DNA of 64,000 bases from Abditibacterium sp. (GCA_965199495.1 CBDASK010000003.1:3072001-3136000); one strand, 5' to 3'; positions 36,338 through 46,292 are shown, counted from the first letter of the stretch. Made by a program: numbers and translations. Notes: a model not told the origin generated them from the letters alone.

Positions 36338-37057
36338 ATGAACAACGTTATCACGAAATCTCGCATCACGATTCGCCGCGCCCACGAACGCGGCCATGCT
36401 GCCCGTGGCTGGCTCGATAGCCGCCACACTTTTTCTTTCGCCGAGTATTTCGATGCGGCGCACATGGGCTTTCGCTCGTTGCGCGTCATCAACGAAGATC
36501 GCGTTGCGGCGGGCGGCGGTTTCCCGACGCATCCGCACAAGGACATGGAAATCTTTTCCTACGTCGTGTCGGGCGAACTCGAACACCGCGATAGCATGGG
36601 CAACAGTCGCATTAACCTCGCTGGCGAATTGCAAGGCATGAGCGCAGGCAATGGAATTGCGCACTCGGAAGGCAACGCTTCGCGCGATAAACCCGTGCAT
36701 TTTCTGCAAATCTGGATTTTACCCAACCAGAAAAATCTGACGCCGACTTACTCCGAATGGAAGCCCACCGCTGGCACGCCCAAAAATTTGACGCTGTTGG
36801 CCTCGCCCAATGGAGAAGATAATAGCGTCGTCGTCCATCAGGATGCGCGCATTTATCTGGGGCAACTCGAAGCGGGCGACAGCGTGGAATATTCGACCAC
36901 CGCTTCACGCGGCCTGTGGCTGCAAGTCATCGACGGCGAAATCGAAATCGACGGCGAAACGTTAAGTGCGGGCGACGGCGCGTCGGTCGAAAACATCGAA
37001 CGCCTGACGGTGCGCGCGACTGACGAAAGCCAGTTCTTGCTGTTCGATCTGGCGTAA
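36338..37057 (+). CDS. Pirin family protein (YhhW-like)
   Basis: GWLDSRHTFSF, LRVINED, GFPTHPHKDMEI, HSE, FLQIWI, FLLFDL. Confidence 0.95.
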   Translation: MNNVITKSRITIRRAHERGHAARGWLDSRHTFSFAEYFDAAHMGFRSLRVINEDRVAAGGGFPTHPHKDMEIFSYVVSGELEHRDSMGNSRINLAGELQGMSAGNGIAHSEGNASRDKPVHFLQIWILPNQKNLTPTYSEWKPTAGTPKNLTLLASPNGEDNSVVVHQDARIYLGQLEAGDSVEYSTTASRGLWLQVIDGEIEIDGETLSAGDGASVENIERLTVRATDESQFLLFDLA

Positions 37058-37067
37058 AGACAGCGAA

Positions 37068-37109
37068 AATTGAGCGTGCCCACGAATATATTCGTGGGCA
37101 CGCTCAATT
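37068..37109. terminator. 42-bp perfect palindrome between convergent genes
   Basis: AATTGAGCGTGCCCACGAATA|TATTCGTGGGCACGCTCAATT. Confidence 0.75.
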
Positions 37110-37133
37110 CTGAGAAAACTGCCGGGGCCGCTT

Positions 37134-38567
37134 CTAAACTTTTGCGACGGTTGTAAAGCTGGTCTCTTTATGGACAGTGCTGGAAATGTTGCTCATCGTC
37201 TGCAATTCGATGGTAACGGGTTTTGGAGTGCGCTTTTTCGCGCGAATCGTGACTTGCAAAGTGCTGGGATTCTTTTTGGAAATCCGTGCGTCGCCGATAA
37301 AGTTGAAGCCGCCGCCAAAAACCATCGCATCGGTGACGTTTTTGCCGCGTAATTTAAAATGAATATCCCAATCTTCGCCGTTGCGGAGGATGGCCCGCAT
37401 CACCGGAGAAATGGCGATGCCCGGAGCGAACCCGTTCGAGATGACAAAAGACATCGTGCATTGCGCGCCCTGCTTTCCTTTACCCAGAAAGACGAGCGCG
37501 TGGCTGCCGTTTTTCTGAATCGCCGGGACACCCGTTTTTGCCGCACCGCTACTCGGCAAAGTCACTTTGGGAAGCGTATTGAAATGCTTGATCAGCCAGT
37601 AAGCCACGCCGGTCTTGGTGTCTGGTGCGATTGTGTCTCCTTCCGCATTCACCACCGATTCGGGGAAAGTGGCCAAGCTCTTCAGCGCGCCGTAGGGATA
37701 AACTCCCCAGATCGCGGGCACGGCACCATGATCCTCAAGGTCAAAAACCATCATTTGGCTGCTCTGCAAAAAACTGGGGCCGCCATAACCGGGCCGATCA
37801 TTAGAGTCGGGAGGAGCCAACATGACAGCCGAGGTTTTATTCAACTGATTGGTAAAAGTCACTGTCGAATACAATCCATCGCGCGCAGAAAGCTCATTGT
37901 TATACCAGAGCCTGAGCGGGCTGTCCGCAGACATTCCATCGGTCGCTCTGATATTCTTTCTCAGTTCAGAGTTTCCGCGCGCGTCTCCTAAAATATTTCC
38001 GCCCAGTGTCCACGGCCCCATCAACGCCAGGCAATCTCGCTTGCCTTGGTAATTTTTCAGCGTTTGAACTCGTTCTGCCGAGATACCGTAGTTCAAACTG
38101 GTCACGGGAACCTTAAATCCGCCGGAAGTTAAACACGCAATGTTTCTTTTATCTTGCGCTTCCGGGTAGTTCATGTCCGTTTCGTAAAAAGCCTCTTTAC
38201 GCGTGAAGCAATTGGCCATGTCAACGGCCATTTGCAGAGGATTTGCGCCGTGAGCAAACACATGATCCATCATGGCAAAGTTGGTATAAAATCCATCGGC
38301 ATGGGTGCGCACGTAACTCCATTTGGCAGAGTTATCGGGATTGGCCAGTTCTTCCCAGGCCGTGGGTAAACCGCCAAAGTCACTCGACCCAACATAAACT
38401 TTCGCCTGCCGTTCGGGTAAAATCCTGATGGTTTTTGTGGCCGCTACGCCTTGACGAATGCGGTTTGGTTTGGATGTGGTTTGTCCGCGTGCCAATGTCG
38501 TGACGCCAAGGGCCAACAGACAGCAGAGCGCGGACGAAACAAGGAATTGTTGGGGAACTATTGTCAT
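37134..38567 (-). CDS. Hypothetical secreted protein with atypical composition
   Basis: Long ORF with a signal-peptide-like N-terminus; lower GC than its flanks; no recognised motif. Confidence 0.65.
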   Translation of the reverse strand: MTIVPQQFLVSSALCCLLALGVTTLARGQTTSKPNRIRQGVAATKTIRILPERQAKVYVGSSDFGGLPTAWEELANPDNSAKWSYVRTHADGFYTNFAMMDHVFAHGANPLQMAVDMANCFTRKEAFYETDMNYPEAQDKRNIACLTSGGFKVPVTSLNYGISAERVQTLKNYQGKRDCLALMGPWTLGGNILGDARGNSELRKNIRATDGMSADSPLRLWYNNELSARDGLYSTVTFTNQLNKTSAVMLAPPDSNDRPGYGGPSFLQSSQMMVFDLEDHGAVPAIWGVYPYGALKSLATFPESVVNAEGDTIAPDTKTGVAYWLIKHFNTLPKVTLPSSGAAKTGVPAIQKNGSHALVFLGKGKQGAQCTMSFVISNGFAPGIAISPVMRAILRNGEDWDIHFKLRGKNVTDAMVFGGGFNFIGDARISKKNPSTLQVTIRAKKRTPKPVTIELQTMSNISSTVHKETSFTTVAKV

Positions 38568-38691
38568 GCCGAGTTTCAAGGGAAGTGCCTCCACTGTAGA
38601 TATATATCAGCCGGAAGACATTATACAACAGAGTGGTTTTCTCCAATCTGCGTTGCTTCACCTCTCTCGTAGGAGCGGCCAAAGCTCCCAA

Positions 38692-38904
38692 TTAACCTAC
38701 GCGCGCCCATTCTGGCTCGTCTTCGAGACGATACAACAGTTCGCCCGCGCGCTCAACGTAGAGAATGCCCTCGTCCTCGCGGTTCTGGAAATCTTCGACG
38801 TTGATCGTTGCCGGATCGCGGTAACCGAGATTAATCTTCGCGCAGAGTGCCGGTTGCCAGCGTCACTTTGACGCACGGTTTTTCGATGCTGCCCACCATT
38901 TTGC
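38692..38904 (-). pseudogene. Diverged duplicate of the 3' end of the LarA-like gene
   Basis: Aligns to about 39453-39675 and encodes KINLGYRDPATINVEDFQNREDEGILYVERAGELLYRLEDEPEWARVG*; it has substitutions and a short internal deletion. Confidence 0.85.
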
Positions 38905-38973
38905 TTTGGAGCCGTATTGGTCTACAATACGGCTCGCGCACGCGGGTAAACTCACGTATCAAATGGAGAAACA

Positions 38974-39396
38974 ATGAAAAAATTACTATTGGTTATCTTT
39001 CTGGGAGCGGTTGGGTCTGTTGCATTTGGTCGTCCGAACATTGTCAGGAACCCAACGATGCAGACCGATTCGGCATATAGTGACCGAATTGGCCCTGAAG
39101 CGAGTGATACGCAAGTTCAGGGGGCCGGAATCGTTTCGCGCATTTTGCCGGACGACAACCAGGGTAGTCGCCATCAACGCTTCATTCTCCACCTGAAATC
39201 CGGCCAAACGCTTCTGGTGGCTCACAATATTGATCTCGCGCCGCGCGTAGATAATTTAAAAAAGGGAGATGTTGTGGAATATAGTGGAGAATATAAATGG
39301 AATCCAGAAGGCGGCCTCGTGCATTGGACTCACCGGGATCCAACGGGGCGGCACGTTGCAGGCTGGCTAAAGCATCAGGGACGTATTTTTCAGTAG
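38974..39396 (+). CDS. DUF3465 domain protein (secreted, OB-fold-like)
   Basis: QVQGAGIV.RILPDDNQGSRHQRFIL, LLVAHNIDLAPR, GEYKWN..GG.VHWTHRDP.GRH..GWL; GGAG RBS. Confidence 0.85.
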   Translation: MKKLLLVIFLGAVGSVAFGRPNIVRNPTMQTDSAYSDRIGPEASDTQVQGAGIVSRILPDDNQGSRHQRFILHLKSGQTLLVAHNIDLAPRVDNLKKGDVVEYSGEYKWNPEGGLVHWTHRDPTGRHVAGWLKHQGRIFQ

Positions 39397-39398
39397 TG

Positions 39399-39450
39399 TT
39401 CCAACGATTCAATCAAGCCGAACTGCAAAACGGTTCGGCTTGATTGAGGG
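39399..39450. other. attC-like hairpin or bidirectional terminator
   Basis: TTCCAAC box just after the stop, then a 15-bp stem TCAATCAAGCCGAAC/GTTCGGCTTGATTGA; the right-hand GTTRRRY core is missing. Confidence 0.4.
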
Positions 39451-39452
39451 CA

Positions 39453-40727
39453 TCAACCCACGCGCGCCCATTCCGGCTCGTCTTCGAGGCGATACAACAA
39501 TTCGCCCGCACGCTCGACATACAGCACGTCTTCGTCCTCGCGGTTCTGGAAATCTTCGACGTTGATCGTCGCCGGATCGCGGTAACCGAGATTGATTTTT
39601 TCGCATGTTTCGCGTGGGATGCCGGTCGCCAACGTCACGCGGATGCGCGGTTTTTCAACGCCATCCACCATTTTGCCGACGCCGCGAACGTGCGTCGAAT
39701 GGGCCAAAATGCCCCACGGTTCGTCTTTGAACTTGTCCCAATTCGCCAGAAAATAGGGCAACGTGTGATAACCGATTCGCTCGATAATGGCGCCGTGAAC
39801 CGGCGAAACTTCGGTGATGTGCGGCGCGTAAATAATCAGTTCGCCACCATCAGCCACGACGGGTTCCAATTTATACATACATTTGCCGCCGACCCACAAA
39901 TCGTCATACATTTTGGGCGCCTGACTCAGCACAGTTTGGAACGGATGCGGCACGCGCTTGACGTTGACGCCGTTGCTCAAATCTGCTGCGGATTCCCACG
40001 CTTGTTCCGGCGTGCCGACGGTCAGAGCGACCAGCGATTTATCGGGCGCGACGACCATGCAAAACGCGGCTTTGGGAACTGGAACCATCGCGGCGGCGCG
40101 GTCAACGACGGCGCGCACCGCCGTCCATTTGTGGCCGATGACGCGCGCATTTGTCAAAACCGCGCCCAGCCAGTGAAAGAAATTTAGCACTTCTGGCCCG
40201 CCGATGCCGGGAAACAGATATTTGTTGCCGCCCGAAAACCCAACGACTTCGTGCGGAAACACCGGCCCGACGATGAGGATTTGATCGTAACTCAACGCGG
40301 TTTTGTTGAACGTCACTTCGACATCCATCGCGAATAAACCGCCCGAAAGTTCGTCAATTTCGCTGGAGGGAATCGTGCCCAGCGTTTGTAGCGCGTCGGG
40401 ATTGTCCCATTTGTGATTGAGATAGGCGACGTGGCTGTATGTCGCGGCGCGCTCGTCGGCGCTGATTTCGAGGCGCGCGTTGATTTGGTCGTCGCTCATC
40501 GGCGGATGTGTGCCGAGGGCAATCATCACGTCGAGATTTTTGGTTTTGGCGCCGATACAGTCGAAAATCGTTTTGAACAACAAGCCGACGGGCGCGCTCC
40601 GCGTGGCATCGGGCACGACGAGCAAAACGCGTTTGCCATCGAGTTGCAGACTATCGAGGAACGGCGCGGCGATGGCGCGAACTTGATTTGAAGAAATCAT
40701 AACTTTTGGTTTCGACGAATCTGTCAT
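39453..40727 (-). CDS. LarA-like nickel-pincer racemase/epimerase domain protein (DUF2088)
   Basis: VPDATRS, IALGTHPPM, PHEVVGFSGGNKYLFPG; start may be 40727 or 40700. Confidence 0.85.
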   Translation of the reverse strand: MTDSSKPKVMISSNQVRAIAAPFLDSLQLDGKRVLLVVPDATRSAPVGLLFKTIFDCIGAKTKNLDVMIALGTHPPMSDDQINARLEISADERAATYSHVAYLNHKWDNPDALQTLGTIPSSEIDELSGGLFAMDVEVTFNKTALSYDQILIVGPVFPHEVVGFSGGNKYLFPGIGGPEVLNFFHWLGAVLTNARVIGHKWTAVRAVVDRAAAMVPVPKAAFCMVVAPDKSLVALTVGTPEQAWESAADLSNGVNVKRVPHPFQTVLSQAPKMYDDLWVGGKCMYKLEPVVADGGELIIYAPHITEVSPVHGAIIERIGYHTLPYFLANWDKFKDEPWGILAHSTHVRGVGKMVDGVEKPRIRVTLATGIPRETCEKINLGYRDPATINVEDFQNREDEDVLYVERAGELLYRLEDEPEWARVG

Positions 40728-40815
40728 TTGTAGAGACACCGACTTGTCGTGTCTAAAACGTTAGATTTGCCGCGATTTTTACGTTTTAGACACGACAAGT
40801 CGGTGTCTCTACAAA
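40727..40815. repeat. GTAG-type REP doublet (35-bp perfect arms)
   Basis: TTTGTAGAGACACCGACTTGTCGTGTCTAAAACGT (40727-40761) is inverted at 40781-40815; GTAG head followed by an internal palindrome AGACAC..GTGTCT. Confidence 0.88.
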
Positions 40816-40851
40816 AGAGAAACGCGCCGCTTTGCGATGCACTTGTGTCGT

Positions 40852-41658
40852 TCAAATCGTCATCGAACTAAACCCGCCATCAACCACCAAATTTTGGCCC
40901 GTTACGAAGCCCGACGCTTTACCCGAAGCCAGAAATACGACCGCGCCCGCCAACTCTTCGGCAGAGCCAAAACGCGCCATCGGCGTGTGACCGATGATTT
41001 GGCTGCCGCGCTCGGAATAGCTGCCATCGTCGTTGAACAAAAGTTTTTTGTTCTGTTCCGCCGGGAAAAATCCGGGCGAAAGTGCGTTGACGCGCACGCC
41101 TTTCTCGGCCCATTCGCGCGCTAAAAATTGCGTCAGATTGATCACGGCGGCTTTGGCCGCGCCGTAGGCCACGACGCGCGAAAGAGGAATCATGCCCGCC
41201 ATCGAAGCGACGTTGATAATTGAACCGTTGCCCGCTTCGACCATTGTTTCGCCCCAAACCTGACATGGCAGCAAAGCGCCGCCAACCAAATTTAAATCGA
41301 AAACATCGTTCCATGCGTCTTGGGGTAGCGCGCAAAAATCGGCACCGGGCGGCAGGGTCGCTTCGGGCCGGTTGCCGCCCGCCGCGTTGACCAAAATCGT
41401 CGTCGCGCCCAGTTCGTTTTCGATGGCATTGCGCGCGCGCGTCAAATCGTTTTTATCGAGCGCATCGGCGGTGAAAAAAGCGGCGCGGCCACCGGCGTCT
41501 TCGATTTCCTGCACGCGCGCCTCGCCGTTACGGGCGTTACGCCCGATGATAGCCACGGCGGCGCCGTGCTGCGCCAATGCCAGCGCCATCGCGCCGCCAA
41601 GAGCGCCCGTGCCGCCAATGACGGCGGCGGTTTGGTCGGTCAAGTCGAAAAGATTCAT
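40852..41658 (-). CDS. SDR family oxidoreductase (mannonate/gluconate dehydrogenase-like)
   Basis: GGTGALG, LVNAAGGN, YGAAK, PGFFPAEQN, HTPMARFG, VDGGFS. Confidence 0.9.
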   Translation of the reverse strand: MNLFDLTDQTAAVIGGTGALGGAMALALAQHGAAVAIIGRNARNGEARVQEIEDAGGRAAFFTADALDKNDLTRARNAIENELGATTILVNAAGGNRPEATLPPGADFCALPQDAWNDVFDLNLVGGALLPCQVWGETMVEAGNGSIINVASMAGMIPLSRVVAYGAAKAAVINLTQFLAREWAEKGVRVNALSPGFFPAEQNKKLLFNDDGSYSERGSQIIGHTPMARFGSAEELAGAVVFLASGKASGFVTGQNLVVDGGFSSMTI

Positions 41659-41688
41659 AGTGAAAAGGGTTTGGTTCGCCCGGCGAGT

Positions 41689-43125
41689 TTATCCGTAAAT
41701 TTTGCCATATAACGCGTTTTGCCGTTCTAACGCGCGCCGGTAAATTTTATGGTTCTCCGTGTTTGGCTCCAAGTGTTGCCCGCGCTCGAACGGAACTTTA
41801 GCCGCATCTTCGATGGCGCCCAGATGTTCGAGCGCCAGAATCGCCGCGCCGCGCGCCGAGGCTTCGTGTTCGCGGCTCGCCGTCAGAGGCGCGCCCAGCG
41901 CGTCGCACAAAATCGCTTGCAACGGCGGAATGCCTTCCAACACGCCGCCCGAAAAAATGATTTGCGCATCGGGCGCCAATTCCAATAACAATTTTCCAAT
42001 CGCCGCAAAGCGCAGCGCCACACCTTCGGCGACGGCGCGCATCACTTGAACCGGATGCGTATTCAGTCCCGCGCCGACGAGCGCGAAACGGGCGTCGCCG
42101 TTCCATAACGGCGCGCGTTCTCCGGCCAAAAACGGCAGGATCGTCAAGTCGTGTGCGTCGGGCTGCAAGGCGGTGATTTGGCTTTGCCAATCGTCGGGCA
42201 AATCGAAATTGGCGCGCGTCCAATCCAAAACGTTGCCCGCATTCGACAAAGCGCCGCCGACAATTGAGCGGTTTTCGTCCACGCGATAACGCCACAAACC
42301 GCGCGGCGGCGCACCGCTAAAATCGCGCAAAACCACGCGCATCGCGCCCGAAGTTCCCGCGTTGAGGCCAATGTGATGTTCGTCGGCGCAACCCGAACCG
42401 ATGTTGGAGCAAGCGCCATCGCCAATCGCGGTAAACCATTTCGCATCTTTCAGTTGCGGCCAACGAGCAGCCACGGCGTCGGTGAGCGTGGGCAATTCGG
42501 CGTTAAACGGCGGCAATTGTTCGCAACTAATCGGCAGATGCGAAACCATATCGTCGTCCCAATTTTTGGCGTTTTGATCGAACAAACCGGTGCCCGAAGC
42601 CATCGCCAGCGAAACTCGCGCCTGCCCACACCATTTTAGTCCGAGATATTCGCCAAAACCCATCCATTTCAAGGGCGATTTAAACAATTCGGGCCGCTCG
42701 TCGCGTAGCCACAGCAGTTTCGCGGGCCAATACGACGTATGAAAGACGCAACCCAAACGCGCGTGACATTCGTCTTCATTCATCACGCGACGTAGCGCCG
42801 AAACCCACGCGGCGGCGCGGTTATCGGCCCACGAAATCACGGCGGTTTGCGCTTGCCCATCGTCGTCAACCGCCATCAGCGAATGCCAGAAACACGAAGT
42901 CGCCACGGCGCTGATCGACTGCTTTAAATTCGGCAACAGTTGATCGAGGCATTGGCCCAACAAATCGAGCAGTTTGTCGGCGCCGACTTCGACGCCGCCG
43001 TTGGGAAGCGTGGTTTGCGAGTAGGGAATTTGGGCTTCTTGCCCGACCTTGCGGCCCTGCGCATCGAAAGCGAGGGCGCGCACCGACGAAGTGCCAATAT
43101 CAAGCGCGACGACAAGTGAATTCAT
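41689..43125 (-). CDS. FGGY family carbohydrate kinase, gluconokinase-like
   Basis: LDIGTSSVRA, WADNRA, GDGACSNIGSG, GTSGAMR, PFLAGERAPLWN, EASARGAA. Confidence 0.88.
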   Translation of the reverse strand: MNSLVVALDIGTSSVRALAFDAQGRKVGQEAQIPYSQTTLPNGGVEVGADKLLDLLGQCLDQLLPNLKQSISAVATSCFWHSLMAVDDDGQAQTAVISWADNRAAAWVSALRRVMNEDECHARLGCVFHTSYWPAKLLWLRDERPELFKSPLKWMGFGEYLGLKWCGQARVSLAMASGTGLFDQNAKNWDDDMVSHLPISCEQLPPFNAELPTLTDAVAARWPQLKDAKWFTAIGDGACSNIGSGCADEHHIGLNAGTSGAMRVVLRDFSGAPPRGLWRYRVDENRSIVGGALSNAGNVLDWTRANFDLPDDWQSQITALQPDAHDLTILPFLAGERAPLWNGDARFALVGAGLNTHPVQVMRAVAEGVALRFAAIGKLLLELAPDAQIIFSGGVLEGIPPLQAILCDALGAPLTASREHEASARGAAILALEHLGAIEDAAKVPFERGQHLEPNTENHKIYRRALERQNALYGKIYG

Positions 43126-43227
43126 GGAGAGAACGTCAGTTTAAGTTGTTTAGAGGGAAACCATGTGATGCGTAAGTTTTATTTCACTTTGACTTTTCGC
43201 TCCCCTGAGCGGCAAACTGCGCTCGAT

Positions 43228-43851
43228 ATGAAAAAATCTTCGCTGCTGGCTCTTTCGTTACTATGCGCCGCGCCCGGCGTGGCTGCACCAGTCATCGTGA
43301 CCGCGCGCGCGCCGCAGGGCACGGCTGTCCCCGGTTTTTCGTCGGCGCAGGCGCAAGCAATCGTCGGCGCGCAATCGCGCGCTGTGGTGCGCGCGCTGCA
43401 AAATAACGATACGCGCGCGCTCGCCCAATTTGTGCATCCGACGCGTGGCGTCCGCTTTTCGCCCTACGTCAACGCCGATGCCAGCGACCGCACAATTTCG
43501 CGCGCGCAGATGCCGTATCTGGCGCATCATCCGCGCAAATGGAATTGGGGCGAATATGACGGCAGTGGCGAGCCGATGAATTTGACGTGGAACGAGTTCC
43601 GGCGCACGATGCTGGTGACGCGTCCTTATATTCCCGGCGCGCGCGAAGATTTCAATCTGCTTTCGCAAAATGGCAACGTGCCCAACCGTTTGCTGGAAAC
43701 CTATCCCCGCGCAATTTTCGCGCGTTATTATCTGTCCGGCGCCAACCCCGATTTCGGCGGTTTGGATTGGCGAACTCTGTTTTTGGCGTGGCGTCCAGTC
43801 GGCAAAACCTGGTATCTGGTCGGCGTCGCCAACGACGAATGGACAACTTGA
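43228..43851 (+). CDS. Secreted hypothetical protein
   Basis: Signal peptide MKKSSLLALSLL; motif-like VHPTRGVRFSPY, WGEYDGSGEP, GLDWRTL, DEWT. Confidence 0.75.
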   Translation: MKKSSLLALSLLCAAPGVAAPVIVTARAPQGTAVPGFSSAQAQAIVGAQSRAVVRALQNNDTRALAQFVHPTRGVRFSPYVNADASDRTISRAQMPYLAHHPRKWNWGEYDGSGEPMNLTWNEFRRTMLVTRPYIPGAREDFNLLSQNGNVPNRLLETYPRAIFARYYLSGANPDFGGLDWRTLFLAWRPVGKTWYLVGVANDEWTT

Positions 43852-43968
43852 TTGAGGCGGACATCATTTCCCCAGACCTTTTGTTGAAATTGGGTTATAG
43901 TGTTAATCAGCGCGCCATTTTCGATGAACGCGACTCGCAACGCATCCTAACCAAGGAAAAATTGTCCC

Positions 43969-44280
43969 ATGCAAAATCCCGAACCTTCAGCTCAAATTCC
44001 TTCGTCGCCTTATGGCGGCGCGCCCACGCCTATCGCGGGCGCCGACAAGAAATTACCCGCCGGTTTGTGCGGCATTTTGCTGGGCGCCTTTGGCGTTCAC
44101 AAATTCATCCTCGGCTACACCAACACCGGAATCATCATGCTCGCCGTCACTCTACTCACCTTCGGAATTGGAGCGGTCGTTATGACCGTCGTCGGCCTTA
44201 TCGAGGGCATTATTTACCTGACCAAGTCCGACGAACAGTTCGTGCAAGAATATGTCGTCAATAAAAAAACGTGGTTTTAA
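43969..44280 (+). CDS. TM2 domain membrane protein
   Basis: KKLPAGLCGILLGAFGVHKFILG...IEGIIYLTKSDEQF..EYV..KK.WF. Confidence 0.9.
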   Translation: MQNPEPSAQIPSSPYGGAPTPIAGADKKLPAGLCGILLGAFGVHKFILGYTNTGIIMLAVTLLTFGIGAVVMTVVGLIEGIIYLTKSDEQFVQEYVVNKKTWF

Positions 44281-44338
44281 ATCTTGATTGACAAACGCAA
44301 AACGCCCGCATTTTCAACAATGCGGGGGCTTTTGGCGT

Positions 44339-45205
44339 TTAAGGCATCAATACTTTCGAGCGCAGTCGCGATTGGCCTTTGACGCCCGGCATGAAATGGA
44401 AAACCGCGCCATCCAAAGTTTGCGAATTGGGATTGCCGCGCGCGGTTGTCACGAACATTTCGTCCAAATCGGCGCCACCGAAAATGCAACTGGTGACGTA
44501 TTTGACTGGAAACTCGATTTGCTGAATCAGCGTGGCGTCGGGCGCGTAGTGGCGCAGACAGCCACCGCCATAGTAACAAACCCAAACGCCGCCTTCGCTG
44601 TCGGTCGTCATTCCATCGGGCGCCAGAGTGGGCGTGTGCAGCCATTCGCGGCGATTAGAAACTTGTCCGCTTTGCTTGTCGTAATCGAACAAATAAACGA
44701 TGCGCGCATCGGTATCGGCCCAATATAACTGGTTGCCATCGGGCGTCCAACCCATGCCGTTGGAGCAACCGGTGCCCAGGCAAATCGTGGTGGCGTCGCC
44801 CTGCAAGTCGAGATGAAACAGTCCGCCGCGCGTGTGGGTTTCCCAGTCCACCGTGCCCGCGAACAGTTCGCCGTTGGGCGCGGCGATGCAATCGTTGAAA
44901 CGCCCGGTGTCGCTCACGATGCCTTCTTTCAAAACGATGAGTTCGCCCGAAACCGGGTCTAAACGCGCGGCGCTGCCAGTGAAAAGCAACAGCAGCGAGC
45001 CGTCTTGTTGCAATGCGAAGGCGCCCATTTCCGGCCCTTGAAAAATCAGGCGATGTTCGCCCGAAACGGCGTCCCATTCGTAGACTTCACCGTCGTCAAT
45101 ATCGCACCAGTAAAGCACGCCGCGCACGTCGTCCCACAGCGGGTTTTCGGCGCACGCGCAATGTTCGTTGACTAAAAGTTGAGGGATGATTTCGGGTTGT
45201 TTCAT
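44339..45205 (-). CDS. SMP-30/gluconolactonase/LRE family protein
   Basis: ENPLWD, RFND, SNGMGWTPDG, PDGMTTDSEG, TSCIFGG, FVTTA. Confidence 0.93.
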   Translation of the reverse strand: MKQPEIIPQLLVNEHCACAENPLWDDVRGVLYWCDIDDGEVYEWDAVSGEHRLIFQGPEMGAFALQQDGSLLLLFTGSAARLDPVSGELIVLKEGIVSDTGRFNDCIAAPNGELFAGTVDWETHTRGGLFHLDLQGDATTICLGTGCSNGMGWTPDGNQLYWADTDARIVYLFDYDKQSGQVSNRREWLHTPTLAPDGMTTDSEGGVWVCYYGGGCLRHYAPDATLIQQIEFPVKYVTSCIFGGADLDEMFVTTARGNPNSQTLDGAVFHFMPGVKGQSRLRSKVLMP

Positions 45206-45218
45206 TTTGAAAATTTAA

Positions 45219-45375
45219 TTAGCCACAGAGTTCACGGAGAACGCACAGAAAAACACAGAGGGGAACGAAGAAAATAGGGCGTAGAAGAACAACTATTATG
45301 AATAATGTTTTTTTGGTTTATTTTCTTCATCCTCTCTGTGTTTTTCTGTGCGTTCTCCGTGAACTCTGTGGCTAA
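45219..45375. repeat. Long inverted-repeat element (42-bp perfect arms, CACAGAG units)
   Basis: 45219-45260 is the exact reverse complement of 45334-45375; AT-rich spacer. Confidence 0.92.
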
Positions 45376-46196
45376 ATCGAGGTCTGTCCAGTGTAAACCG
45401 TCAGCCCGCGTGGCCGCATCCAGCCGACGAGGTTGAGATTGTTGGCGCGCGCCAAATCAATCGCCAGACTTGAGGCCGCCGAAACTCCGGCGACGGTGCC
45501 GATGCGTGCGCGCAACGCTTTTTGCACGATCTCGAAACTGACGCGGCCCGAAACTAACAAAATCAAATCGGATGTCGCCGGAATCCAACCGCTCTCCAAG
45601 CCGAAACCAATCGCCCGGTCGGTCGCATTGTGGCGCCCGATGTCTTCGTAACAGGCGAGCAAAGCGCCGCTCGCATCGAAAATCGCCGCCGCGTGCAAGC
45701 CGCCGGTTTGCGAAAATATCGTCTGCTCTGCGCGCATTTTGTCGGGCAAATTTTGTAACAATTCGGCGTCAATTGGGCGCGGAGTTAGCGGTTCGATTTG
45801 TGCGCTAAACGCGTCAACCGTGGCTTTGCCGCACAAACCGCAACTCGAATTAGAAATCAGACTGCGCTCCCACAACTGCGCGGGCAACTGGCTGTCGTCC
45901 CATAATTTCACATCGGCGACGCTGACCAATTCGTCGTTCAAATCGCGGCAACGCGTGCGCATTTGGATTTCGCTCACTTCATCCATCGAAGCGATGACGC
46001 CTTCGGATAACAACAATCCAAGGGCCAGCAAGCGGTCGTTTTCTTCGCCCTGCGGCGTGCGCATCGTCGCCGAATAGCGGCGCCCGCCGACGCGAATTTC
46101 GAGCGGTTCTTCGACCGTCACAGCTTCGGCGATTTCGCTCCACTTTCCGTCGCGCAACTGGCGCGCGGCGAAATCGCGCATAGGTTGATTTTGCAT
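45372..46196 (-). CDS. fdhD: Formate dehydrogenase accessory sulfurtransferase FdhD
   Basis: EEPLEIR, TMRTP, SSCGLCGK, TGGLHAAA, EDIGRHNA, SGRVSFE. Confidence 0.93.
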   Translation of the reverse strand: MQNQPMRDFAARQLRDGKWSEIAEAVTVEEPLEIRVGGRRYSATMRTPQGEENDRLLALGLLLSEGVIASMDEVSEIQMRTRCRDLNDELVSVADVKLWDDSQLPAQLWERSLISNSSCGLCGKATVDAFSAQIEPLTPRPIDAELLQNLPDKMRAEQTIFSQTGGLHAAAIFDASGALLACYEDIGRHNATDRAIGFGLESGWIPATSDLILLVSGRVSFEIVQKALRARIGTVAGVSAASSLAIDLARANNLNLVGWMRPRGLTVYTGQTSI

Positions 46197-46292
46197 CTGT
46201 TAGAAAACTTAAGACAATGCAAACACAAAAGTGCGGCGGCGCTTTCATACTTATCAAGCCCATCGCGAAAACGTGCGCGCGGCGCTCATTCC

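Noticed and set aside
33490..39450. Prophage or intact integrative element
   Set aside because: No phage structural, replication or conjugation genes; the integrase is a truncated integron type.
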